The notes: a model not told the origin generated them from the letters alone. Shown: positions 27,936 through 37,980, numbered from the stretch's first letter. The stretch is DNA of 64,000 nucleotides from a bacterium (GCA_965209155.1 OZ242383.1:224001-288000); one strand, 5' to 3'. A program made the numbers and translations.

Positions 27936-30755
27936 ATGGCAACTCTATTTTACGGCTTAGCGGAGGCCACCCTGTGGTCCAGTCTGCTAATCGTTTTCGT
28001 GTTCTTGATTCGCAAACCGGTGGTTCGTTATTTCGGAGCAAAATGGGGTTACGCGCTTTGGCTGCTCCCCGCGCTTAAAATGATGATCATCGTTACCCCC
28101 CAAACCCAACTCAGTCTCCTTCCTTCCTGGCAAACCATCCTTTATAACTTCAAGATGCAGCAAGGGGTATTTGCCCTGCTGCAAAACAAAAAGCCCCTCA
28201 CCGCTTCCGAAGCTTTATTCAAACAGATTGAAGCAGAGAATACGGTTCGCATGGAAGCCATGAAAACTGCCGTGATGCAGGGAGAGACGTCACCTTTCCC
28301 TGCGAATCGCATCAGTGAGCAAAGCCTCCCTGCCTCAGGTTCCTCATCATCCGACCCTGCTGGCAGGTGGTCTATTTTTGAGGAAATAGACGGCATGACG
28401 ATCCTCTTTTTCGGGTGGCTTGCCGGTTTCGCGGTGATGGGGCTGATCACCATGGGCGGGCATCTGCGATTGCAGAGGCAACTGCAACGAGAAATGTGCC
28501 AACCTTCAAAAGAAATGAGATGGCTGATCGAAAAACTGGCTCGCAAAATGGGCATCAAGTTCCAGGGGAAAGTGCTTGTCTCGGATCGGATTCAGGCCCC
28601 GGCAGTGACCGGATGGCTGCATCCCAAACTGGTGCTGCCCTTCCAGTTTGCGGGATACTATTCCCAACAAGAAATGGAATTCATGCTCTCTCATGAACTG
28701 GTCCATCTGCGACGCAGAGATTATCTCTTCATCACCTGGGCCTTAGCGCTCAAGTGTGTCTATTGGTTCAACCCGTTGATCTATGTGGCCTATCGCCTGT
28801 TCCGCCTGGATCAGGAACTGGCCTGCGATCAAAGGGTGATCACCTCCGTTCCTCTAAACGAACGGAAATCGTATGGATTGACCATACTCAAAACGGCATC
28901 TCAGCCGGAAATGATGTTTGAAAATTTCCAGGCGGGGTGCTTTTGGTTTACTTTTTCTCAAATGAAAGAAAGGATTGCTATGATAAATCATCATCAAAAC
29001 TCAAAAGGGCGTTCCATGCTGGCCCTCATCAGCATGATTGTACTTGGTTTCACAACCTTGACCTTTGCCGCCCAGAAGTATGTGACGGATCCTACCACTG
29101 GTGAGGTAGTGACTGCACCAGAATACGGCGGGACCATCACCCACGCCTTCGTGGCAGAGCATCAGAATCCTGACGTCACACTCTCTGGTGTCTGGGGGAA
29201 TATGTTCTTCAGTGGTGTTTTAGAGAAGCTAGGCACGCCCAACTGGGGAATAGACAGGGCCGAATGGGACTTCACAGGTCTCTCCACGCCTCTGTTTGCC
29301 ATGATAGGGCAGTTGGCGGAAAGCTGGTCGCAGCCCGACCCCCTGACGTTTATCGTCAAAGTCCGCCAGGGCGTTCACTGGCATGATAAGCCCCCAATGT
29401 CCGGTCGGGAGCTGACTGCCAAGGATATCGAATACAACTATCACCGCTTGATGGGGCTCGGCAGTGGCTTCACCGAGCCTACCACCTTTGCCCAGGTTCT
29501 CAAATCGTTGTCATTCGAATCGATAACGGCCACCGACAAATGGACGGTGGTTTTCAAGCTGAAGGAGCCACATCTCCATGCGCTGTCGGCTATCCTCGAC
29601 GACTGGATTGCTTACATATACCCCCCCGAGGTCATCAAGCAATACGGCGACGCGACGGATTGGAAGAACCTGGTCGGTACCGGACCCTTTATGCTGACGG
29701 ACCGGGTCGCGGGCAGCTCTCTTACCTTTACCAAGAATCCCGACTACTGGGGTTATGACGAAAAGTACCCGGAGAACCGCTTGCCCTATATGGACGAGAT
29801 AAGGGGCCTGATTATGCCTGAAGTGGCAACCTATCTGGCGGCACTGCGCTCGGGAAAGCTTGATTACGTCGGGCAGGGCCTCGGCAATATAAGGACTATC
29901 GACCAAGCAGAGAGCCTTCAGCGGACCAACCCCGAAATCAAGCTGTGGCAGATTTACATTGCCTCAATAACGAGTACGGGTCTTAACGTGAATAACCCGC
30001 CCTTTAACGACATCCGGGTGCGCCAGGCCATGCAGATGGCACTGGACCTCGACACCATTAACCGAGGCTACTTTAAGGGTTATGCAGATACGACACCTCA
30101 CGGGCTGATAGGGGATGGTGGCATCGGGTATCACATCCCCTTTGATGAGTGGCCCGAAGCACTCAAGAAAGTCTATGACTATGACCCGGAAGGGGCAGAA
30201 GCGCTGTTGGATGCGGCTGGATATCCGCGCGGCGCCGACGGCATTCGATTCAAGACCGTCTATTCCCACATCGAGCGGTACGATCTGAGCTTTACAGAAT
30301 TACTCGCTGCCTACTGGCGTGAGATCGGCGTTGATGTCGAGATTCGGGTACTGCCACTAGCTGAATTTATCGCTAAAAGAAAAGACCGTGATTTCGAAAT
30401 AATGTCACACGAAGCGGCCTATGGGGGTCTGTCTGATCCTCTCGTTGGGCGCCGCTTTTTGTCCACCACTGTATACAACACCGCCGCAGTGAACGACCCG
30501 GATTATGAAGCCTTGTTTGAAGCTGCCGCAGCCGCGACCACCATTAAGGAGCAGCAGAGGCTGGTTATAGCGATGGATATGTACGCGATAGAGAAGCACT
30601 GGACCGTATGGGGTCCCATAGCTCCTTCGTTTGAAGCGACCCAGCCGTGGCTCAAAGGTTACAACGGTGAATTCCGGTTGGGATTCACTGTAAAAAATTG
30701 GTTGTTCGCCCGCCTCTGGATTGACCAGGACCTGAAGAAAGAAATGGGGTATTAG
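27936..30755 (+). CDS. BlaR1-type peptidase M56 fused to a family-5 ABC solute-binding domain
   Basis: N-terminal TM helices, HELVHLRRRD (28692), WFNPL, DQELACD, KERI and a TM, then from about 29070 a full SBP domain closely similar to the 13202 protein. One uninterrupted frame. Confidence 0.92.
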   Translation: MATLFYGLAEATLWSSLLIVFVFLIRKPVVRYFGAKWGYALWLLPALKMMIIVTPQTQLSLLPSWQTILYNFKMQQGVFALLQNKKPLTASEALFKQIEAENTVRMEAMKTAVMQGETSPFPANRISEQSLPASGSSSSDPAGRWSIFEEIDGMTILFFGWLAGFAVMGLITMGGHLRLQRQLQREMCQPSKEMRWLIEKLARKMGIKFQGKVLVSDRIQAPAVTGWLHPKLVLPFQFAGYYSQQEMEFMLSHELVHLRRRDYLFITWALALKCVYWFNPLIYVAYRLFRLDQELACDQRVITSVPLNERKSYGLTILKTASQPEMMFENFQAGCFWFTFSQMKERIAMINHHQNSKGRSMLALISMIVLGFTTLTFAAQKYVTDPTTGEVVTAPEYGGTITHAFVAEHQNPDVTLSGVWGNMFFSGVLEKLGTPNWGIDRAEWDFTGLSTPLFAMIGQLAESWSQPDPLTFIVKVRQGVHWHDKPPMSGRELTAKDIEYNYHRLMGLGSGFTEPTTFAQVLKSLSFESITATDKWTVVFKLKEPHLHALSAILDDWIAYIYPPEVIKQYGDATDWKNLVGTGPFMLTDRVAGSSLTFTKNPDYWGYDEKYPENRLPYMDEIRGLIMPEVATYLAALRSGKLDYVGQGLGNIRTIDQAESLQRTNPEIKLWQIYIASITSTGLNVNNPPFNDIRVRQAMQMALDLDTINRGYFKGYADTTPHGLIGDGGIGYHIPFDEWPEALKKVYDYDPEGAEALLDAAGYPRGADGIRFKTVYSHIERYDLSFTELLAAYWREIGVDVEIRVLPLAEFIAKRKDRDFEIMSHEAAYGGLSDPLVGRRFLSTTVYNTAAVNDPDYEALFEAAAAATTIKEQQRLVIAMDMYAIEKHWTVWGPIAPSFEATQPWLKGYNGEFRLGFTVKNWLFARLWIDQDLKKEMGY

Positions 30756-30764
30756 GGATTTCAG

Positions 30765-31721
30765 ATGAGAGCCTATCTCCTCAGGCGGTTGTTGCTGATC
30801 CTCCCCACGCTGTTTATCTTGAGCATCCTGGTCTTTCTCTCGGTGCGCTTCATCCCCGGCGATGTCATCGACGTCATGGTGGGCCGGATGGAATTGTCCG
30901 CTACAGAGATAGACCGGGAAGCGCTTGAGCGTCAACTGGGACTAGACGTGCCGGTCTGGGTGCAGTATACACGCTGGATCGGCGATATTTTTCGGCACGG
31001 CAGCCTGGGCCATTCAATGTTGGGCGGTGCGGCGGTGGAGGAACAGATCATAGGAAGACTGCCGGTCACCCTTGAGTTGGGTGTCCTGGCCATCGTCATC
31101 GGGCTCGTGATCGCGCTGCCCGTGGGCATCTACTCGGCGATTCGCCAGGATACGGCCGTCGACTACCTAGGGCGCTCCCTGGCCGTCATCGGTCTGGCCA
31201 CGCCAAACTTCTGGCTCGGCATTATGGTGATGATCTTCCCCACCATCTGGTGGGGCTGGACGCCCCCGCTGGAAATGGTTCCTTTCACCGAGGATCCGCT
31301 GGGGAATCTCTGGGGGTTCCTCATCCCCAGCCTGATTCTGGGGACGGCCTCCTCTGCCGCCACCATGCGGATGATGCGCACCATGATGCTGGAGGTCTTA
31401 AGGCAGGACTATATCCGCACTGCCTGGTCCAAGGGGCTCCGGGAGCGGGTCGTGATTATCCGGCACACCATCAAAAATGCCCTCATCCCGGTTATCACCC
31501 TGATCGGCCTGCAGTTGCCGATCCTGGTCGGGGGTGCCGTGATCATGGAGAACATCTTCAACCTGCCGGGGCTCGGTCGTCTCTTAGTGAATGCCCTCCA
31601 AAACCGGGACTACCCGATGGTCTCCGGAATCAACCTGTTTTTCGCCACCGGGGTGGTGCTGCTCAATCTCCTCATCGACCTGATTTATCCCTATCTGGAC
31701 CCGAGAGTGCGATATGAATAA
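30765..31721 (+). CDS. Peptide/nickel-type ABC transporter permease (DppB/OppB-like)
   Basis: RFIPGD, LPVTLEL, PNFWLG, EAA loop DYIRTAWSKGL and DPRVRY motifs. Confidence 0.93.
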   Translation: MRAYLLRRLLLILPTLFILSILVFLSVRFIPGDVIDVMVGRMELSATEIDREALERQLGLDVPVWVQYTRWIGDIFRHGSLGHSMLGGAAVEEQIIGRLPVTLELGVLAIVIGLVIALPVGIYSAIRQDTAVDYLGRSLAVIGLATPNFWLGIMVMIFPTIWWGWTPPLEMVPFTEDPLGNLWGFLIPSLILGTASSAATMRMMRTMMLEVLRQDYIRTAWSKGLRERVVIIRHTIKNALIPVITLIGLQLPILVGGAVIMENIFNLPGLGRLLVNALQNRDYPMVSGINLFFATGVVLLNLLIDLIYPYLDPRVRYE

Positions 31722-32035
31722 GGCCAGCGGACGGTGCCTTCCAAACACCCGCCATTTTTTGTAACATACTTGCCTCCGGGATGGGGGACTGCTTTAGGGG
31801 TTCCCTGTCTTCTACCTTCTGTGTCACGAAACCACGTCTCATCTTTGCTTTTGTGGGATCTTCAAGGGAGGCAAGCGCTAGGAGAAATGTTTCCTCCTCA
31901 AAGATTTTGGTTTCGTCCTCTGATAGCCTCTAAAAGTGTCCTTTTGGTCTTCAAAAAAAAGAGACAGAAATGACCGAGTGGCGAGGGATCCTGTGGAGGA
32001 GAGGGAACCAGCAGAGGAGAAGGAACGAGGAGAAT

Positions 32036-33097
32036 TTAAGAAAGTTTTGAGGGAGAGCCCTCCCAGGGAATTCCTTGAAAAATGGCTTCGAGAGAAGATT
32101 CTGTCATCAGTCTCTCAATGAGGATTTCGAGTTCGTCGACCGACAGCGAAGCGAGACGATCTTGATAAGGTTTTGCCGTTTCACCAAATTTCTTTCGGAG
32201 TTGTTTATTGAGAATATGCTGCGCTTCTTCTTGACGACCTTTTTCGATTCCTTTCTCGATTCCTTTCTCGATTCCTTTCTCGATTCCCTTTTGTTCTAAT
32301 TGTTCGGCGACTGTCATAATGACCTCGTGAGCCTCTTCAAAGCTGAGCAGGGTTTGCACTTGTTGCACCACTTCCTCTTCTTTGAGATGGGAACTGGCTT
32401 TAAATAAATAATAGAGTACCTCCTCAAGATACCGCAAACCACTGCCTTCTTCAAATAGTTTTTCAAACAAAGGCCAGATGACCGTGGCTAAAAGATCGGA
32501 AAGCTCTGGGGAATCGATATGTTTCATAATCATCAAAAACACTCTCAAAAACAAGGTTCCTTTGATTTGATCATCCCGCATTCCTGATAAATCCACCAGG
32601 TGATACTCAAAGGAAGGCACATAGGGTTTGAGGGCCTCGGGAACCTTGAGAAAGTCATGAAAATGCAGGGCGGCGGTCCACTTTTTAGGACCTTGAAAAA
32701 GCGTAATTGGAAAAACAATGGGGAGCCCTTCTTTAGGAAATTGCTTCTGGTATTGCTCATAAATCCCCACTAAATAGCTCAAGTAACGATAGCTCATCTT
32801 GGCTTCCGGCTCTTTTTGATGCTCGAAATGAATCAAGAAGAAGCCTTTGATTTCCTGGCCCGCGCTTCCTTTAAAACGAGTTTCATAAAGGAGATCACTT
32901 TTACGACTCTTCAACGCTTTTTGCACAAAGTCTCCTGGAGCAAGACGTAATTGGGACCAATCCATAATGGCTTGAATGGAATCAGGCAAATATTCTTTAA
33001 AAAAAGCCTCAGCCACCTTTAAATCGCTCCACTGCTGAATAAAAAAATCATTGTGAGGAGTACCTTTTCGTTTGGAGAGCTTTTTCGATTGGGCCAT
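32036..33097 (-). CDS. Rpn family recombination-promoting nuclease / putative transposase (YhgA-like)
   Basis: PHNDFF, SDLLY, EHQ, PIVFP and YHLVDLS motifs; C-terminal MTVAEQLEQKG(IEKG)4 tail. Confidence 0.92.
   Translation of the reverse strand: MAQSKKLSKRKGTPHNDFFIQQWSDLKVAEAFFKEYLPDSIQAIMDWSQLRLAPGDFVQKALKSRKSDLLYETRFKGSAGQEIKGFFLIHFEHQKEPEAKMSYRYLSYLVGIYEQYQKQFPKEGLPIVFPITLFQGPKKWTAALHFHDFLKVPEALKPYVPSFEYHLVDLSGMRDDQIKGTLFLRVFLMIMKHIDSPELSDLLATVIWPLFEKLFEEGSGLRYLEEVLYYLFKASSHLKEEEVVQQVQTLLSFEEAHEVIMTVAEQLEQKGIEKGIEKGIEKGIEKGRQEEAQHILNKQLRKKFGETAKPYQDRLASLSVDELEILIERLMTESSLEAIFQGIPWEGSPSKLS
32238..32288. repeat. 12-bp tandem repeat x4 encoding IEKG
   Basis: CCTTTCTCGATT repeated four times (one with a mismatch) inside the rpn gene. 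Confidence 0.9.
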
Positions 33098-33215
33098 GGT
33101 CCATGATCCTTTCTTGAGTGGGGAAGCCAGGTTTTATATAGGAAAATCGAAAAATTCAGTTTTTAGGCACGGGCTCTGCCTTTTTTCTGCATTTCAGGGC
33201 TTGCAATCTAATATG

Positions 33216-33335
33216 GTGAGCCAGCCGTGGGTCAAAGGTTACAACGGGGAAGATGAGCTGGGAGCAATGAACCGTGTGCTCGTCTTAGCCTGCCTCTGGA
33301 TTGACCAGGATCTGAAGTAAGAGATGGGCTTCTAA
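33216..33335 (+). pseudogene. 3' remnant of a third family-5 SBP paralog
   Basis: VSQPWVKGYNGE...LWIDQDLK*EMGF*, matching the ends of the 13202 and 27936 proteins, with a premature TAA. Confidence 0.85.
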
Positions 33336-33364
33336 CCGAACCACCTACCCATTCACATTAGTTA

Positions 33365-33400
33365 CCCTCCCACCCACGGTGTGGATGGGCGGGCTTTTTA
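33365..33400 (+). terminator. Intrinsic terminator
   Basis: CCCTCCCACCCAC-GGT-GTGGATGGGCGGG followed by CTTTTT. Confidence 0.6.
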
Positions 33401-33412
33401 TTTGCTTGGTGC

Positions 33413-33901
33413 TCATCTCTCTTGGTCATCGCTCGGCTCAGGCTCTTCTTTGATCGGTTCAAACTTGCCATTCATCGGATTCCAGACCTGTATCCCTTCC
33501 ATTTTTGCAGCTGCGTTTAAATCTTGATTACATGAAATCAGCAATTCCGTTCCGTCTATCAAAGCCGAAGCTAATTGAAAGGCATCACTCCCTTTAATTT
33601 TATGAGGCAACCCGATCTGATACGATTTTTCAATAACAGCAAGAGACGCATTGACAATGTTGAAGAGTTTCCATCTTTACTGAAACCTGCTTACTGCTTC
33701 ATCTCATTTTTGTTGGGTCAACTCTCGATTGCGGTGCATTGCTGACAAAGCTGTGGCAATCTCGGCTTTTGTAATGACAGCCGTAGAAAATATGACATCT
33801 TCTTGATGAACCTTCTCCACAACATATTGTTTGACTTCAGCGGAACCGGTCTCATTGACAAATTCTTTGATCAGGGCAGAGGTATCGAAATAGAGCTTCA
33901 T
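33413..33901 (-). pseudogene. VapC/PIN toxin with two in-frame nonsense codons
   Basis: MKLYFDTSALIK...TQQK*DEAVSRFQ*RWKLF...GSDAFQLASA...WNP, all in one frame. Confidence 0.85.
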
Positions 33902-33902
33902 C

Positions 33903-34127
33903 TCAGGGTTTACGATGTTCATAGATAATATCCGAAGCCAATCTTGCCCCCGGTTCAGGATCAACTGCCTTAAATTCTTCAAAGGCCGCTTTATCCCCAA
34001 TTTGAATATACGGACTCATCTGCTCTGCTTGCTCTGCTTCGACAATCATTCGTATCTCAGCATCAGCGGGAAGGTGATGACGTTGGACTTGAGTGGGAAA
34101 CTCCCTAACCGTTGTGGTGAATTCCAT
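33903..34127 (-). CDS. Putative antitoxin paired with the VapC pseudogene
   Basis: 74-aa ORF ending 1 nt before the PIN start codon. Confidence 0.55.
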   Translation of the reverse strand: MEFTTTVREFPTQVQRHHLPADAEIRMIVEAEQAEQMSPYIQIGDKAAFEEFKAVDPEPGARLASDIIYEHRKP

Positions 34128-34242
34128 GCTAACCTATTTGAAAATCATTGTGGTGACAAAGGGACTATACCCTATTTTTTCAAATTCTACATAATCCCCG
34201 GCTATTTAGCAAATCTAAGCTTCAAAAAAGGCAAGATGGGCA

Positions 34243-34742
34243 TCGCCGCTGGAGCTGGTTTCTTTCACATAGGACCCATTGGGGAACCTCTGGGGGTTCC
34301 TCATCCCCATTCTGATTCTGGGGACGGCCCTCTCGGCCGCCACCATGCGGATGACCCGAAACATGATGCAGGAGGTGCTCCGGCAGTACTGTATCCGCAC
34401 CGTCTGGGCCTAGGGACTCAAGGAACAAACGGTCGTGCCGAGACACGCCATCAAAAATGTCCTCATCCCGGTCATCACGCGTTCAGCTGAGCTTACCGGC
34501 CGCGCTGCGGCCGCCCAGCCTCTCTTCGGCTTGCAGTTGCCGCTCGTGGTCGGGGGCGCTGTCATCATGGAGAATCTCTTTAACCTGCCGGGCTTTGGCC
34601 GTCTCCTGGTGGATGTCCTCTCTGACCGGGATTCCCCGGTGGTCTCCGGGACCAACCTGTTTTTCGCCTGCATCGTTTGTTGAACAACCTCTGCATCGAC
34701 CTGACGTACGTCTTCCTCGATCCGAGGATTCGCTATGAGTGA
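34243..34742 (+). pseudogene. 3' half of a second DppB-like permease, decayed
   Basis: Aligns with 31262-31721; two TAG stops, a 42-nt insertion and a frameshift; ends DPRIRYE*. Confidence 0.85.
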
Positions 34743-35446
34743 GCCGCTCCTGGTCGATCCTGGAGGCACGGAGGGCGTACCCGCAGCCGAGCACCGCCGA
34801 CCCGTTACAAGCTTTTTCCGCCGGCTCCTGAAGGAGCAACCGCTGGGAGCTGTTGGCGGCCTGATCGTCCTGGCGTTGGTATTCATCACCATCTTTGCCG
34901 ACCAACTGGCGCCCTACGAATTCGACCGAGGACGGGTGCAAAACCGGATGAAAGGACCGTCGGTCGAGCACCTGCTCGGCACCGACCACGTTGGCCGGGA
35001 CTTTTTGAGCCGCCTCCTCATTGGCGCGCGCCTCTCGATCACGGTCGGGTTAACGGCGACGGTGATGAACGTCATCGTCGCCCTGCTCGACAGCGGTACG
35101 ACCGGTTTCATCGGTGGGCGGGTGGACATCTATGTGCAGCAGTTCGTCGATGCCTGGATGTCCTTTCCCGGATTACTCCTGCTGCTCACCATCATGTCCA
35201 TTGTGGGACAGGGGTTACTCCAGATCATCCTGGTGCTGGGGACGCAGGTGGGGTGGAAGGCTCCCGCGTCGTGAGGGGCGCGGTGATCGCCATTAAAGAG
35301 AATGATTACTTTCTGGCGGCAAAAGCCCTGGGCAGTCCTTTGCCCACCACTCTGAGGCGGCATGTGCTACCCAATATCATGGCGCCGCTCATCATTGTCT
35401 TCTCGATCAACATTGGCGGGGTCATCTTTGCCGAGGCCTCTCTGCG

Positions 35447-35513
35447 TATTCCGCTCACTTCGATCATCGATTCCGGTCCACTTCGATCACTGATTCCGGA
35501 TCACTTCGATCAC
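35447..35513. repeat. IS21 subterminal repeats (3 copies of about 23 bp)
   Basis: ATTCCG..CACTTCGATCA three times. Confidence 0.85.
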
Positions 35514-35555
35514 CCTCTCGGAGCGAAGCGACGTTCTCTTTAATTTAGTTTTAAT

Positions 35556-36305
35556 TTATTGTTTAGCATTGGTCAACTTGGATCGTTTTTTTCTGACCGA
35601 CTCTCCTTTCAATTGAAGTTTATAAGCATTGTGCACCACTCTATCGAGGATGGCATCAGCCAGTGTAGGATCACCGATGATCTGATGCCATTTTTCCACA
35701 GGAAGTTGAGCGGTAATAATAGTTGAACCTCGGTTATGGCGATCATCGAGGATTTCCAAAATATCTCGTCTTTCCTGGTCGTTAAAGACTGAGAGCCCCC
35801 AGTCGTCTAAAATAATCAAATCCATTCGCGCCATCTGGTTGATCATTTTCAGATAGGAGCCATCTCCTCTGGCTAAGGCCAACTGGGGTAGCAATCGAGG
35901 GATTCTCAAGTATTTGACTCGAGCTCCCTGCAAACAGGCTTGATGTCCCAGGGCACAGGCAATAAAACTTTTCCCGATGCCGGTTGGTCCGCAGATTAGG
36001 ATATTGAGATGTTCTTTAATCCACTGGCCGCTGTAGAGGGATTGCATCAGAGCAGGATCTAATCCTCGGGGCAGCGTATGGTCAATGTCCTGGATACAGG
36101 CTTGTTGTCGTAAAGCAGCTTGTTTCAGTCTGGATTGCATACGACGGTTTTCTCTTTCACTGGCTTCCCGATCCACTAGCAAGCCCAAGCGTTCCTCAAA
36201 ACTCAATCGCTCATACTGACTGGAGGCCATTTGTTCTTCGAAAGCTTGGGCCATTCCCCAAAACTTCATCGATTTCAATTTTTCAAAAGTAGGGACAGTA
36301 ATCAT
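35556..36305 (-). CDS. istB: IS21 helper ATPase
   Basis: GPTGIGKS, LIILDDWG and ADAILDRVVH motifs. Confidence 0.95.
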   Translation of the reverse strand: MITVPTFEKLKSMKFWGMAQAFEEQMASSQYERLSFEERLGLLVDREASERENRRMQSRLKQAALRQQACIQDIDHTLPRGLDPALMQSLYSGQWIKEHLNILICGPTGIGKSFIACALGHQACLQGARVKYLRIPRLLPQLALARGDGSYLKMINQMARMDLIILDDWGLSVFNDQERRDILEILDDRHNRGSTIITAQLPVEKWHQIIGDPTLADAILDRVVHNAYKLQLKGESVRKKRSKLTNAKQ

Positions 36306-36324
36306 AAACTCCTTTCTGAGGGGC

Positions 36325-37872
36325 TCATTGGTAGTAATGAGCCCCACGGATATTTTCATGTTCCAGTTGCGGGGTGGGTTCTGGCTTGGAAAGGGGATGC
36401 CGATCCAAACCTTTCTTTAAGATCGAATGAACACTGCTATAGCGGAAAGCCCCAATGAGAATAGCCCTCTGAGAAGCCGATTCCACTCGATTGGCCGTGT
36501 AGAGTTTAGAAAGGCGCATAATCCCTAAGCAGGAACGGTATCCCTGCTCAGGATAGCTTCTTTGATCCATGATTCCTGCTACCAGTTTAGCGGTGGCTGG
36601 TCCGATGGTGGCAGCCCAGTCAATCAAGCGAGAAGGCGACCAATGTAGATGTTCTCGATGTCCTTTGGGCATATGTTGCTCCTGAGTGCTATGAAGCCCG
36701 GCACGATCATCACGTTTGTGGGAAGCCACCCGTTTGCCTCGAAAGAAGATTTCCAGCGTTTCGCTGCTATAACGCATTTGAACTTCCTGGTGACAGAGGG
36801 AGTAAGGAACGCTGTTGTAATGCCTCTGCAACTCCACATGATAATCGATATTCACTTTCGCTTTTTTCCACTGAGCAAAACTGTAGCGTTGCTGAGGTAG
36901 GGCTAGTAAAGCCGGTAATTCCAGCGTTTGAAAACAAGACCAGCGCGATCCGGGTAATTTTTTAAAAGGGCGTTGATTCAAGCGTTCTAACAGACGACGG
37001 ATTGCTCGATTCAATTCTTCTAAACTGAAGAAACTGCGATGACGTAAGGCGGCTAAGATCCAACGTTCTACAATTTGTACCGCCACTTCTACCTTGGCTT
37101 TGTCTTTGGGTTTTCGGACCCTGGTGGGGAGAATCACCGTACCATAATGAAGGGCCAATTCGTGGTAAGTGGGATTGATATCCGGTTCATAGAAGCAGGC
37201 TTTTTTCACCCCTGATTTCAAATTATCCGGCACCACCACTTTGGACACTGCTCCAAAAAACTCAAAGGCACGAATGTGAGAAGCGATCCAGTCGGGCAGA
37301 CTTTGAGTCCAGCTCGCTTCGCAATAGGTGTAGTTGCTCGCTCCCAGAACTGCGACAAAAATTTGAGCCGCCTGAAACTTGCCGCTTTCTCGATTGTAGA
37401 TCTTGACGCTTTCTCCCGCATAATCCACAAACAGCTTCTCACCGGCCTTGTGAGTCTGGCGAAGCGATCGATTGAGCGTTTGCTTGAAACGACTGTAATG
37501 TTCGCAGAATTGGGAATATTGATAACCGCTTGGATGAAGATACTTGTATTCTTCCCACAATAAGCGAAGCGTGACACTTTTCTTTTTCAGCTCTTCGTGA
37601 ATTTGTTTAAAATCTGGCATGGGAGCCATTTTATAGCAGATAACCTCACTGTTGAGCCCAAGCGCCTTCATCAATTCTTCATCACTGAATTGAGAGACTT
37701 GTGTGCCTTCAATCTCTCTTTGTTTGGCTAAATTCAAAAATTTGCTCACACTGGCTTGAGACATATGACAACTTTGAGCAATCCGTCGCTGGGACAGTTG
37801 ACAGACTAATCCTAATCTCAAAATTTCTCGTACTTTACGCATCGACAATTCCTTTCCTTGTTTCCGGCTCAT
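36325..37872 (-). CDS. istA: IS21 DDE transposase
   Basis: FVDYAG, VPDNLKSGV and KPKDKAKVE motifs. Confidence 0.95.
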   Translation of the reverse strand: MSRKQGKELSMRKVREILRLGLVCQLSQRRIAQSCHMSQASVSKFLNLAKQREIEGTQVSQFSDEELMKALGLNSEVICYKMAPMPDFKQIHEELKKKSVTLRLLWEEYKYLHPSGYQYSQFCEHYSRFKQTLNRSLRQTHKAGEKLFVDYAGESVKIYNRESGKFQAAQIFVAVLGASNYTYCEASWTQSLPDWIASHIRAFEFFGAVSKVVVPDNLKSGVKKACFYEPDINPTYHELALHYGTVILPTRVRKPKDKAKVEVAVQIVERWILAALRHRSFFSLEELNRAIRRLLERLNQRPFKKLPGSRWSCFQTLELPALLALPQQRYSFAQWKKAKVNIDYHVELQRHYNSVPYSLCHQEVQMRYSSETLEIFFRGKRVASHKRDDRAGLHSTQEQHMPKGHREHLHWSPSRLIDWAATIGPATAKLVAGIMDQRSYPEQGYRSCLGIMRLSKLYTANRVESASQRAILIGAFRYSSVHSILKKGLDRHPLSKPEPTPQLEHENIRGAHYYQ

Positions 37873-37980
37873 AGATCCTCTTGGAAAATAATGAAAATAT
37901 TCTTACTGACAGAGGATCTATATAGCCAATTTTATTGAAATGAAGGAACGGCTTGCTTCGCTGTTGCAACGATCATCCAT

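Noticed and set aside
27548..30755. Beta-lactam resistance (bla/mec) locus
   Set aside because: The sensor domain is a family-5 SBP rather than a penicillin-binding domain, and no beta-lactamase or PBP gene is in the window.
33704..33706. In-frame TGA in the VapC gene as selenocysteine
   Set aside because: Not at a Cys or redox position and followed by an in-frame TAA; ordinary decay.
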